DNA of 64,000 nucleotides from the NCBI GenBank assembly GCA_035945995.1, contig DASYZR010000112.1, positions 3,230 through 67,229 on the forward strand. The letters run 5' to 3'. Source of the DNA: a bacterium. GTDB taxonomy: Bacteria > Sysuimicrobiota > Sysuimicrobiia > Sysuimicrobiales > Segetimicrobiaceae. The notes under the pieces are model-generated. The model was not told the DNA's origin, did not search any database, and saw only the letters and a list, made by a program, of their open reading frames with translations. Both the position numbers and the translations under genes were made by a program. Positions 44,803 to 53,795 of the stretch are shown one piece after another (within the stretch, counting starts at the first letter, position 1; each line of letters opens with the position of its first letter).

Positions 44803-44919
44803 GCAGCCCCGCCGTGCTCCAGTGCCGCCGAGATCAACTGCACGATCTGCTCCTCATCTGGGCGCGTCGGTCAGCCCCACCATGCTCCAGTGCCGTCCGG
44901 ACCAACTGCACGATCTGCT
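44803..44919. repeat. Two about-50-nt imperfect direct repeats (period 68 bp) in the smc-ftsY spacer
   Basis: Copy 1 is 44803-44851 and copy 2 is 44871-44919: cagcccc.cc..tgctccagtgccg.c...a.caactgcacgatctgct, about 85% identical. Each contains a small agatc/gatct-type palindrome. Copy 2 abuts the smc stop codon. Confidence 0.75.
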
Positions 44920-47900
44920 ACCCTACCGGCTGCTGCTCGCGCGCCGCTCCCTCCTCCAGCCGCACCGAGACGATGCGGGAGACGCCCGGCTCTTCCATCG
45001 TCACGCCGAACAGCACGTCGCACGCTTCCATGGTCGCCTTGTTGTGCGTGATGATGATGATCTGGGTCTGTGCCGCCAGTTCCTGGAGGATCTCGGCCAC
45101 CTTGCGCGTGTTGGCCTCGTCGAGCGCCGCCTCGACTTCGTCGAAGACGCAGAACGGGCTGGGCCGGATCCGCAGCATCGCGAAGATGAGCGCGAGCGCC
45201 ACCAGGACGCGCTCTCCGCCGCTGAGCGCGCCCAGGCTCCGCAGATTCTTTCCCGGGGGCTGCACGACGACGTCGATGCCCGGCTCGTCGCTGCCCTCGA
45301 CTGCGACCAGGTCGAGCCCCCCGCGGCCGCCGCCGAACAGACGCACGAACAGCCCGCCGAACTCCTCGTTCACCGCGCGGAACGTCTCGTCGAACCGCTC
45401 CCGGATGACCGCTTCGAGGTCGCCGATCAGGCCGCGCAGCGCCGCCAGCGCCCCCACGACGTCCTGCTGCTGCCCGCGCAGCGCCTCAGCCCGGGCCGCC
45501 GCCGCGCGGTGCTCGTCGATCGCGATGAGGTTGACCGGCCCGAGGGCGGCGATCAGGCCGCGCAGCGCGTCGATGCGCCCGAGCGTCTCGTCGCGCTCGA
45601 CCGTCTCCGGCACGGCGGCCGCCGCGCGGTCGAACGGCAGGCCGAACTCTTCTTCGATCCGGCGGCGTGCACTGCCGATCTCCGCGTCCACCTGCGCCTG
45701 CCGAAGCTCGACGCGGTGGGCGTCCTCGGCCAGCCCCTCCGCACGCCCCGCGGCCGCGGCGTGCTCGTGCTCCACCTCGGCGCGCCGGGCGGCCACCGCG
45801 GCGCGCTCCCCGTCGAGAGCTGCCAGCGCGCCTTCGAGCCGGGCGCCGTCCTCGGCGAGGGCCGCGCACCGGTCGCGGGCGGCGGCTTCCTCGGCCGCCA
45901 GCGCGGCGGCCTCGGCGTCGAGCCCGCTCACTTCCCCCTCCAGAGCGCGGCGGCGGACGTCGAGCGCCGCGACGCTTCGATCCACCTCGGCGATGCGCGC
46001 CTGCACGCCGGCGCGGCGGCCCTCCAGCTCGGTGATGGCAACGCGCCCGTCGGCAAGGGCGTCGCGGGCCGCGCGGACCGCGAGGGTGTGGTCGTGCAGC
46101 CGGGCCGCGAGGCCGGCGGCTTCACCGTCCAATCCCGCGATGCGCTGCTCGAGCGCCGCCGCCTCCGCCGCGAACCGATCGCGCCCGTGTTCCTGATCCC
46201 GGACGGCGTCTTCGGCCGCGCGCGCTTCCGCGACGAGCGCGGCCAGCTCTTCGTCGATCCGGCCGCGCTCCGCGTCGAGCAGCGTCAGCCGGCGCTCGGC
46301 CTCGCCGCGCCGGCCGGTCTCCTGCTCGATCGCATCACCGGCGCCGGCGACGGCGGAGGCCGTGGCACGCAGCCGTGTTGCGGCCGTGTCGATCCGTTCG
46401 GCGCACTCGCGCACGGCGGCCTCGAGCCGCTCGACGGCGGCACGGCCGTCGGCGATCTCGTCCGCCCGCCCCACGGCACCCGTGTGTCCCAGTGCGCGAC
46501 GGCCGGTCGTCACGACTCCCGCCGGCAAGACGGCGTCGCCGGTCACGGTCACGATCCGGCCGGCGAACCCGGCGTCCCGGATTCGCACGGCGGCGTCCAG
46601 GTCGGCCGCCACGACGACGTCCGCCATCAGCGTCCGGATGGCCTCGGCGTCCTCGCCCGTCACGTCCACCTGGTCCAGCAGACGGCCCCGAAACCCGGGA
46701 TCCGCCTGCGCCGGATCCGGCAGCGGCGGCGGAGTCCCCGGCCGGAGGAGTGCTGTCGGGAGAAACGCGATCTCTCCGGCGTCCTCGCCGAGCGCCCGGC
46801 GCAGCGCGCGCGCGCCTGCGACGGTCTCGACGATCAGCGCCGAAAGCGTCGGTCCCAACGCGGCCTCCACGGCCGGACGAAGCTCGCGGGACGCGTGCAG
46901 GCGCTCGGCGACGGTACCGCGCAACGCCGGGAACGCCGCGGGGTTCCGATGGTGCGCCAGCAGAAGATCCCGCGCCCCCGCATCGTACCCCCGGAACTGC
47001 GCGTGCGCTTCCTCGAGAAATCCGAGCCGGGAGCGCACCGTTTCCCGCTCGATCTCCACGCGGCGGAGCTCGGCCGCGAGCGCGTCGCGATGGGCCTCGC
47101 CCTGCTCGTGCTCGTCGCGCAGCGCGCGGAGCGCGCGCCGCCGGGCCTCGAGGGCGCCCGCGATCTGCTCGAGCTCGGCCCCGAGCGTGTCCCGGCGGGC
47201 GGCGACCTCGGCCGCCTGCCGGTGAAGGTGGCCGAGCCGGGCCGCGATCGCCGCGGCGCGGTCGAGATACGCGGCCACCCGCGCCTCGGCGGCGGCCAGA
47301 TCGGTCTGGACACGGGCGCGTGCATCCCCAAGCACCCGCGCCTCCTCCCGGGCCTGGGCGACGCGCGCCTCGTCTCGGGCCGCGTCGTCCTCCAGGCTGC
47401 GCAGCGCCGCGTGCGCCGCCGCCACGTCCGCGCGGCGCCGTTCTTCCTCTACGGCCAGCGCCTGGGTCTGCAGATCCAGGCCGGCGCGTTCGCCGGCGAG
47501 GCCGTCCGCCTCGGCGCGATGGCGGGCGATCTCTGCCTCAGCCCGGGCCCGTTGCGCCGCCACGCCGCGGCCGCGCTCGACGAGCAGCCCGACCGCCGCG
47601 TCCTCCGCGGCCCGCCGCTCGGTCAGCCGCACGAGCGACCGCTGCGCGTCGTCCCACTCGCGACCGGCGTCCACCGCGCGCCGGTCCAGCGCCGTCCGTT
47701 CGGCGGCGAAGGCCGCGAGCGCCTGGTCAAGCTCCCGCCGTCGGCCCGCCAGCTGCTCGAGCTGGTCCCGTACGCGCTTCTGGGCGCGTGCGAGCCGCCG
47801 AACCTCCTCGACCTGAATCGCAAGCTCCAGTCCGCGCAGTTCGCGCGTATAGGCCTGGTACTGCCGCGCGGCTTCGGCCTGCGCCGCCAGGTGGTCGACC

Positions 47901-48541
47901 CGCGCGTCCTGCTCGGCCAGAATGTCCGCGACGCGCAGCAGCAACTGCTCGGCGGCGGCCATCCGCCGCTCCGCGTCGTGGCGCCGGCGCTTGAACTTGG
48001 CGAGTCCCGCGGCCTCCTCGAGGATCATCCGCCGCTCTTCCGGCGTCGCATCGAGCATCCGGTCGACCTCGCCCTGCGTGACCAGCGCGTAGGTGTGCCC
48101 GCCGAGCCCGGTTCCGAGAAACATTGTCTGAATATCCCGCAGCCGGCACGGAAGCGTATTGATGAAATAGCGGCTGTCCGCCGCGCGCATCGCCCGGCGC
48201 GCCACCGTCACCTCGGCGAACGCCAGCGGCGTCGGCGTCCCGTCGTCCCCATCGTCGAGCGGCATCATGAGCGTCCCGTCGCCGTTGTCGAGCACGAGCG
48301 TCACGTCCGCCATGGAGAGGGGCCGGCGGCGCTCGCTGCCGGCGAAGATGACGTCTTCGTTGCGGATGCCGCGGAGGGCGCGCAGGCTCCCCTCCCCGAG
48401 CGCCCAGCGGATCGCGTCGAAGATGTTGCTCTTGCCGCTGCCGTTCGGCCCGACGACCGCCGTCAGGCGCGGCGAGAACTCGAGCGCGGTCCGATCGGCG
48501 AACGTCTTGAACCCTGCGAGTTCGAGGCGCTTCAGCCGCAC
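44918..48541 (-). CDS. smc: Chromosome segregation protein SMC
   Basis: 1207 aa. N-terminal Walker A GPNGSGKSNIFDAIRWALGE, long Ala/Arg/Glu coiled coils with central hinge, C-terminal LSGGERVLVALALIFAM signature and Walker B D-loop (CVFDEVEAALD). Confidence 0.95.
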   Translation of the reverse strand: MRLKRLELAGFKTFADRTALEFSPRLTAVVGPNGSGKSNIFDAIRWALGEGSLRALRGIRNEDVIFAGSERRRPLSMADVTLVLDNGDGTLMMPLDDGDDGTPTPLAFAEVTVARRAMRAADSRYFINTLPCRLRDIQTMFLGTGLGGHTYALVTQGEVDRMLDATPEERRMILEEAAGLAKFKRRRHDAERRMAAAEQLLLRVADILAEQDARVDHLAAQAEAARQYQAYTRELRGLELAIQVEEVRRLARAQKRVRDQLEQLAGRRRELDQALAAFAAERTALDRRAVDAGREWDDAQRSLVRLTERRAAEDAAVGLLVERGRGVAAQRARAEAEIARHRAEADGLAGERAGLDLQTQALAVEEERRRADVAAAHAALRSLEDDAARDEARVAQAREEARVLGDARARVQTDLAAAEARVAAYLDRAAAIAARLGHLHRQAAEVAARRDTLGAELEQIAGALEARRRALRALRDEHEQGEAHRDALAAELRRVEIERETVRSRLGFLEEAHAQFRGYDAGARDLLLAHHRNPAAFPALRGTVAERLHASRELRPAVEAALGPTLSALIVETVAGARALRRALGEDAGEIAFLPTALLRPGTPPPLPDPAQADPGFRGRLLDQVDVTGEDAEAIRTLMADVVVAADLDAAVRIRDAGFAGRIVTVTGDAVLPAGVVTTGRRALGHTGAVGRADEIADGRAAVERLEAAVRECAERIDTAATRLRATASAVAGAGDAIEQETGRRGEAERRLTLLDAERGRIDEELAALVAEARAAEDAVRDQEHGRDRFAAEAAALEQRIAGLDGEAAGLAARLHDHTLAVRAARDALADGRVAITELEGRRAGVQARIAEVDRSVAALDVRRRALEGEVSGLDAEAAALAAEEAAARDRCAALAEDGARLEGALAALDGERAAVAARRAEVEHEHAAAAGRAEGLAEDAHRVELRQAQVDAEIGSARRRIEEEFGLPFDRAAAAVPETVERDETLGRIDALRGLIAALGPVNLIAIDEHRAAAARAEALRGQQQDVVGALAALRGLIGDLEAVIRERFDETFRAVNEEFGGLFVRLFGGGRGGLDLVAVEGSDEPGIDVVVQPPGKNLRSLGALSGGERVLVALALIFAMLRIRPSPFCVFDEVEAALDEANTRKVAEILQELAAQTQIIIITHNKATMEACDVLFGVTMEEPGVSRIVSVRLEEGAAREQQPVG

Positions 48542-49749
48542 GTGCGTCCTCCCGTGGGCACCGGGTCAGGCGTGCCCGGATGCGCGAGCAGATCCTGGTA
48601 CACGGCCACGAGCCGATCGGTCACGCGGCCGCGGTCGTAGTCGGCGGCCCCCTCACGGGCCGCCCGGCCGATGGCGCCCCGCCGGGCGGGCGCGGCCAGC
48701 AGGTCCCGGACGGCATCCGCGAACGCGCGCGCGTCCGGCGGCACGAGGCGGCCGGTCACCCCGTCGCGCAGCAGATCCGACGACGCGGGCGCCTGCACCG
48801 CCACGATCGCGCACCCCGCCGCCATTGCCTCCAGCACCGCGAGCCCCAGCGTCTCGGTCATCGACGGAAAGACGAAGAGGTCGGCGGCCGCGAGGACGTC
48901 CGCCACCGCGGCTGGCGTCTGCGTACCGGCGAAGACGGTCCGCGCGCCGATGCCGCGACGCCGCGCCTCGGCATCGAGGAGCGCACGCTCCGGACCGTCG
49001 CCGACGAGCAGCAGCCAGACGTCCGCGGGCAGCGTCTCGAGCGCGGCGAGCAGCAGCGGAACGTTCTTTTCCCGGGCGAGCCGGCCGACGAAGACGAGGA
49101 GCGACGCCCCGGGGGGCAGGCCGAACCGCGCGCGGATCGCCGAGGCGGACCGCGTGTCGGCGGCGGAGGACCGCCCGTCGGACGCCGCGCCCGGCGTGAA
49201 CGCCGCGACGTCGATGCCCATGCTCGGCACGACCGCAATGCGCGTCCGCACCCCCGACTCGCGCAGCAACGCGGCGATCGACGGCACGGGCGCCAGCACG
49301 CAGTCGCACCGGTTGCAGTACGCGATGGTGTAGGCGCTCACCAACGGCCGCGCGAGATCGCCGAGCACGGGGGTGTAGTGCGCGTAGTCCGCGTATCGCG
49401 TATGGTAGGTGAACAGGACGGGCCGGCCGAGCCCCCGCGCCACCCACCATCCCATCCCGCCGACCAGAAACGGCGACTGGCTGTGGACGAGGTCGAGCCC
49501 GAGGCTCCGCACCGTGCGCAGCGACCGGCTTGGGTACGGGACGGCCAGCGGAAAATCCGGGTGGCCCGGGGGCGTGACGGACGGCACCCGCACGACCTCC
49601 GGGTCACGGTCCTGATATCCCGGGTACGCCGGCGCGATGATGGACACGCGGTGGCCGCGCGCGCGGAGTTGCTGCGCCGATTCCGCCACGGCCCGCACCA
49701 CGCCGCTGGTGCGAGGGAGATACGAGTCGGTAAAGAGCCCGACGTGCAC
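48532..49749 (-). CDS. Glycosyltransferase family 4 (GT-B, retaining)
   Basis: N-terminal GT4 sugar-acceptor domain and C-terminal EX7E-type region (FVFPSMTETLGLAVLEAMAAG). The stop overlaps the smc start by 10 nt. Confidence 0.8.
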   Translation of the reverse strand: MHVGLFTDSYLPRTSGVVRAVAESAQQLRARGHRVSIIAPAYPGYQDRDPEVVRVPSVTPPGHPDFPLAVPYPSRSLRTVRSLGLDLVHSQSPFLVGGMGWWVARGLGRPVLFTYHTRYADYAHYTPVLGDLARPLVSAYTIAYCNRCDCVLAPVPSIAALLRESGVRTRIAVVPSMGIDVAAFTPGAASDGRSSAADTRSASAIRARFGLPPGASLLVFVGRLAREKNVPLLLAALETLPADVWLLLVGDGPERALLDAEARRRGIGARTVFAGTQTPAAVADVLAAADLFVFPSMTETLGLAVLEAMAAGCAIVAVQAPASSDLLRDGVTGRLVPPDARAFADAVRDLLAAPARRGAIGRAAREGAADYDRGRVTDRLVAVYQDLLAHPGTPDPVPTGGRTCG

Positions 49750-50328
49750 CTACGCGCCGTCCGCCTCGCCGCGCGCCCGCGCCTGCTCGTCGAGGAAGGC
49801 CAGCAGCGCCGACAGCCGAAAGCGCCGCTGTCCTCCTTCGGTCCGAAGACAGGGCACCTTGCCCTGGTCGGTGTACCGCCGGATCGTCGCCTTGCTCAAG
49901 TTCAGCACGGCAGCCGCCTCGTGAAGCGTAAGTTCGGGATCGAGCAGCCGCCGGATAATTTCTTCCCGGCTCTCTGTGATCGGCCGGCGGCCGCCGCGCC
50001 CGCGCGCGCGGGGACCGAGCTCCATCGGCAGGGCGCCCTGGTCGAGCCCTGCCCTGAGCCTCCGCCGCACCGCCTCCGCATGCGCTTCCGCGTCTAGGGC
50101 CGCCCTGGAGGGCTGCCGGCGGTCAACCCGCCCCGCGGCCACCGCCGCGCCGACCAGAACGTCGGCCGGCTCGGGGGCGCCGGGCGGCACGGCCTCGCGG
50201 TGTCCTTTCACAGCACCCCTCAGCCGCCCCGGACCAAGCGAACCCGGAGTGTCGGAGGGTGCCGTCGGGAGGGAAACGTGCATCTGCCGCTCGAGGTAAC
50301 GGTACCAGTCCCGCAACGTTTGCGCCAT
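49750..50328 (-). CDS. Excisionase/MerR-type HTH (HTH_17) DNA-binding protein
   Basis: C-terminal LTLHEAAAVLNLSKATIRRYTDQGKVPCLRTEGGQRRF matches the excisionase-family helix-turn-helix. The N-terminal 120 aa are low complexity. Confidence 0.55.
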   Translation of the reverse strand: MAQTLRDWYRYLERQMHVSLPTAPSDTPGSLGPGRLRGAVKGHREAVPPGAPEPADVLVGAAVAAGRVDRRQPSRAALDAEAHAEAVRRRLRAGLDQGALPMELGPRARGRGGRRPITESREEIIRRLLDPELTLHEAAAVLNLSKATIRRYTDQGKVPCLRTEGGQRRFRLSALLAFLDEQARARGEADGA

Positions 50329-50442
50329 TGGCTGCTCCGATGAATGCTGCGTAAGTTATCCGGCGTTAAATATCCCCCGCCCATTCGAGAGAGGCGAGGG
50401 AAATCCTGCCAAACCGGAGCTCGGGATCTCGCCAAGGGCACC

Positions 50443-51357
50443 TTAGTCGTGACCGCGGCCGAGGTGGACCCGCAGCGCGTGACTCGCCAGGTCGCGGGTC
50501 ACCGTCTCGGCCACCAGCCGCCCGCAGGCGAGCAGGGCCTCCTGATCGATCCCGGTGTGAATTCCCATCCCGAGCAGCATGTGGTTGGTATCGTCCGTGG
50601 CGATGTTGCCCGTGGCCCCCGGGGCGAACGGACAGCCGCCGAGGCCGCCGATGGCGGCGTCGAACGTCGTGACGCCGGCGTCCAGCCCTGCCAGCACGTT
50701 GGCGAGACCCATGCCGCGTGTGTCGTGAAGGTGCAGCGTGAGGCGCGCGCCGGGATGGCGGCCCGCAAGGCGCGTCACGGCTTCCGAGACCTGCACGGGT
50801 GTCGCAACACCGATCGTGTCGCCCAGGCTGATGGCGATGATCCCGAGGCCGATCGCGTGCGCGACGATCCGTTCCACCGCGGCCCAGGGTACCTCGCCGC
50901 TGTAGGGGCAGCCGAACGCCACGGCGATCCCGGCCTCGACCGACGCGCCCGGAACGGTCCCGGCGGTGCGCGCGATGGCGGACAACTGCTCGAGCGACTG
51001 TTCCACCGTCATCCGCACGTTCGCCGTATTGAACGCGTCGGTCGCCCCGATCACGACGGTCACGTGCCGGATGCCGGCGGCGAGCGCGCGTTCCAGCCCC
51101 CGCAGGTTGGGCACAAGGGCGGACGCGCGCAGGGCGGGCAACTCGAGGGCCGCACGGGCGACCTCGTCGGCATCGGCGAACTGCGGGACGGCCGTCGGCG
51201 AGACAAACGACGTGACTTCGATCTCCCGGAGTCCGGCGTCGTAGAGGGCCCGGATGACGCGGAGTTTTGTCTCGGTTGGGATCACCCGGCCGACGAGCTG
51301 GAAGCCGTCGCGGGGCCCGACTTCGACGATCGTGGCGGCCGGCGGAACACGCATCAA
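50443..51357 (-). CDS. HMG-CoA lyase-like (HMGL-family) acyl-CoA lyase
   Basis: VEVGPRDGFQ, EVTSFVSP and HLHDTRGMGLAN metal-site motifs of hydroxymethylglutaryl-CoA lyase-type DRE-TIM enzymes. Confidence 0.85.
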   Translation of the reverse strand: MMRVPPAATIVEVGPRDGFQLVGRVIPTETKLRVIRALYDAGLREIEVTSFVSPTAVPQFADADEVARAALELPALRASALVPNLRGLERALAAGIRHVTVVIGATDAFNTANVRMTVEQSLEQLSAIARTAGTVPGASVEAGIAVAFGCPYSGEVPWAAVERIVAHAIGLGIIAISLGDTIGVATPVQVSEAVTRLAGRHPGARLTLHLHDTRGMGLANVLAGLDAGVTTFDAAIGGLGGCPFAPGATGNIATDDTNHMLLGMGIHTGIDQEALLACGRLVAETVTRDLASHALRVHLGRGHD

Positions 51358-52577
51358 ATCACTCCGCGGGCCCGGAGGCCCTCGAGGTCCGCCCCGCTCA
51401 GGCCGAGCAGGCCGCCGTACACCTCGGCGTTGTGCTCGCCTTGACGCGGACCGGTCCAGACGATCCGGCCCGGAGTCCGGCTGAAGACGGGCACCACGCC
51501 CGGCTGGGCGAGCGGCCCCACGTCGGGATCGTCGATCTCCACCACGGCGCCTCGCGCGCGGAACTGCGGGTCCGCAGCGACGCCCGCGATGTCATACACC
51601 GGGCCGGCCGGCACGCCGTGCGCGGCGAGGAGGTCGTTCAGGGGTCCGAGATCGTGCTGCGCCGTCCACGCCCCCACCGCTGCGTCAAGCTCGGCCTGCC
51701 GTCGCCCGCGGCCCTGGTCGTGGGCGAGGTCCGGATCGGCGAGCCATTCCTCGCGGTGCATCAACGCGGCGAGCCGGCGAAAAACGTTGTCGTTGTTGGC
51801 CCCGATCACGATGTACTGTCCGTCGCGTGTCGGATAGATGCTGCTCGGCGCCACGCCGGGCAACCCCGTCCCGTGCCGCCCGGCGACCTGCCCCAGTTTT
51901 TGATACGCGGCGACGAGGTCGTCGAGCAGGCTGAACGTGGCTTCGGTCAGGGCGACATCGATCTCCTGACCCCGCCCGCTCACGGTCCGTTCGCGCACCG
52001 CCGCCATCGCCGCGAATGCGCCGTACAGACCGGCGACCGTGTCGGCAAGGGCAAAGCCCACGCGCGTCGGCGGCCGGTCGGGATAGCCGGTCAGGAAGCG
52101 AACACCGGAGAGCGCTTCGGCCACCCCGCCGAATCCCGCCCGATCGCGATACGGACCGGTCTGCCCGTACCCGCTGATGCGCACCATGATGAGGCCGGAA
52201 TTCAGAGCCTGGGCCTGCGCGTATCCCAGCCCCCATCGCTCGAGCACGCCGGGACGAAAGTTCTCCACGACGATGTCCGCGACGGCGTACAGGCGCCGCG
52301 CGATCGCCTGCCCGTCCGGCGCGTGGAGATCGAGGGTCACGGCACGCTTGTTGCGGTTCATGGTCTTCCATAGAAGTGAGTGCCCGCGGTACTGACTCCG
52401 CCACCCCCGAACCGGATCCCCTCGGCCCGGCTGTTCGACCTTGATGACGTCGGCGCCGAAGTCCGCGAGGATCCGCGCGCAGAACGGACCGGCGATCATG
52501 TTGCCGAAATCGAGGACCCGCAGGCCCCGCAGAGGACCGGTGCCCGTGCCGGGCGGGGCCTCGGGGGTGATGCTCAT
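51354..52577 (-). CDS. Family III CoA-transferase (CaiB/BaiF)
   Basis: Start at ATG 52577 (M101 of ORF 51354..52877). LRVLDFGNMIAGPFCARILADFGADVIKVE N-terminal signature. Confidence 0.85.
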   Translation of the reverse strand: MSITPEAPPGTGTGPLRGLRVLDFGNMIAGPFCARILADFGADVIKVEQPGRGDPVRGWRSQYRGHSLLWKTMNRNKRAVTLDLHAPDGQAIARRLYAVADIVVENFRPGVLERWGLGYAQAQALNSGLIMVRISGYGQTGPYRDRAGFGGVAEALSGVRFLTGYPDRPPTRVGFALADTVAGLYGAFAAMAAVRERTVSGRGQEIDVALTEATFSLLDDLVAAYQKLGQVAGRHGTGLPGVAPSSIYPTRDGQYIVIGANNDNVFRRLAALMHREEWLADPDLAHDQGRGRRQAELDAAVGAWTAQHDLGPLNDLLAAHGVPAGPVYDIAGVAADPQFRARGAVVEIDDPDVGPLAQPGVVPVFSRTPGRIVWTGPRQGEHNAEVYGGLLGLSGADLEGLRARGVI

Positions 52578-52587
52578 CCGGCGGCGG

Positions 52588-53793
52588 TCACCCGGCGGCG
52601 GGGCGGTGCCCGACGACCCCGGCCTCCCGGAGCCCCGCGATCTCGGCCGGGGCGTACCCCGCCTGCCGCAGAACGTCATCGGTGTGCTCGCCGAGCAACG
52701 GCGGCACGCGGCGAATCTCGCCGGGTGTCTCGGAGAGTTTGATCGGGATGCCGAGCAGTTTGACGGTTCCGTGCACGGGGTGCGGCCGCTCCTGCAGCAT
52801 GCCGTTGTGCAAGACTTGGGGATCGGAGAAGACCTCCGCGAGGTTGTAGATCGGTCCGCACGCCACGTCCCGCTCATTGAGGTAGCGCACCCAGTCGGCG
52901 CTCGTCCGGGCCCGGAACACCTCGGTCAGGATGTCGTTGAGGGCGGGACGGTTCGCCACGCGGTCGTTGCCGGTCGCAAAGCGCGGGTCGTCCGGGAGAT
53001 CGGGCCGGCCGATCGCCTCGCACAGCCGCCGCCAGATGACCTCGTTCCCGGCGCACAGATTGAAGGGCCCGTCTTTAGCCTGGTACACGCCGAAGGGAGA
53101 GGCGAGCGGATGGTGGTTGCCGGCGACGCCGGGCGGCGTGCCGGTCTCGAAGTACATGCCGGCGCTCCACGTCAGGAGCGACACCATGGAGTCGAGGATC
53201 GACACGTACACGTCCTGTCCGCGGCCGGTCCGTTCGCGGGCGAGCAGCGCGTACAGCACGCCGCGGCACGCGGTCATCGCGCAGTAAAGGTCGGCGAGCG
53301 CGATCCCGGCGCGTGTCGGTCCGGTGGCCTCCTGCCCCGTGATGCTCATGAAGCCCGACATGCCCTGGCCGACCTGGTCGAAGCCCGGGCGGTCGCGGTA
53401 GGGACCGGTCCGGCCGAACCCCGTCACGGCGCAGTAGATGAGCCGCGGGTTGCCTTCGCGCAGCGTGCCCGCGCCGAATCCGAGGCGCTCCATCACCCCG
53501 GGGCGAAAATTCTCGATCACCACGTCGGCCCGCCGCGCCAGCCGCAGGACGATTTCCCGGCCCGCCGGCTTGGTGACATCGATCGTGATGCTCCGTTTGC
53601 TGCGGTTCGCGCCGGCGAAGAAGTAGCTGTTGCCGACGAGATCGGGACGGAGCGTCTGACTGCGGGAATGGTCGCCGTCGAGCGGCTCGATCTTGACGAC
53701 GTCGGCCCCGAAGTCGCCCAGCTCCTGCGTGCAGAACGGCCCGGCGAGAAACCGCGTCAGGTCCACCACCCGAATGCCATCGAGCGGCCCCAT
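52588..53793 (-). CDS. Family III CoA-transferase (CaiB/BaiF), paralog
   Basis: IRVVDLTRFLAGPFCTQELGDFGADVVKIE signature. Confidence 0.85.
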   Translation of the reverse strand: MGPLDGIRVVDLTRFLAGPFCTQELGDFGADVVKIEPLDGDHSRSQTLRPDLVGNSYFFAGANRSKRSITIDVTKPAGREIVLRLARRADVVIENFRPGVMERLGFGAGTLREGNPRLIYCAVTGFGRTGPYRDRPGFDQVGQGMSGFMSITGQEATGPTRAGIALADLYCAMTACRGVLYALLARERTGRGQDVYVSILDSMVSLLTWSAGMYFETGTPPGVAGNHHPLASPFGVYQAKDGPFNLCAGNEVIWRRLCEAIGRPDLPDDPRFATGNDRVANRPALNDILTEVFRARTSADWVRYLNERDVACGPIYNLAEVFSDPQVLHNGMLQERPHPVHGTVKLLGIPIKLSETPGEIRRVPPLLGEHTDDVLRQAGYAPAEIAGLREAGVVGHRPAAG

Positions 53794-53795
53794 CG

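Noticed and set aside
49750-50328. Excisionase-family HTH protein as evidence of a prophage or integrative element
   Set aside because: No integrase, transposase, att-like repeats or phage structural genes anywhere in the window. The domain is a generic MerR-like HTH.
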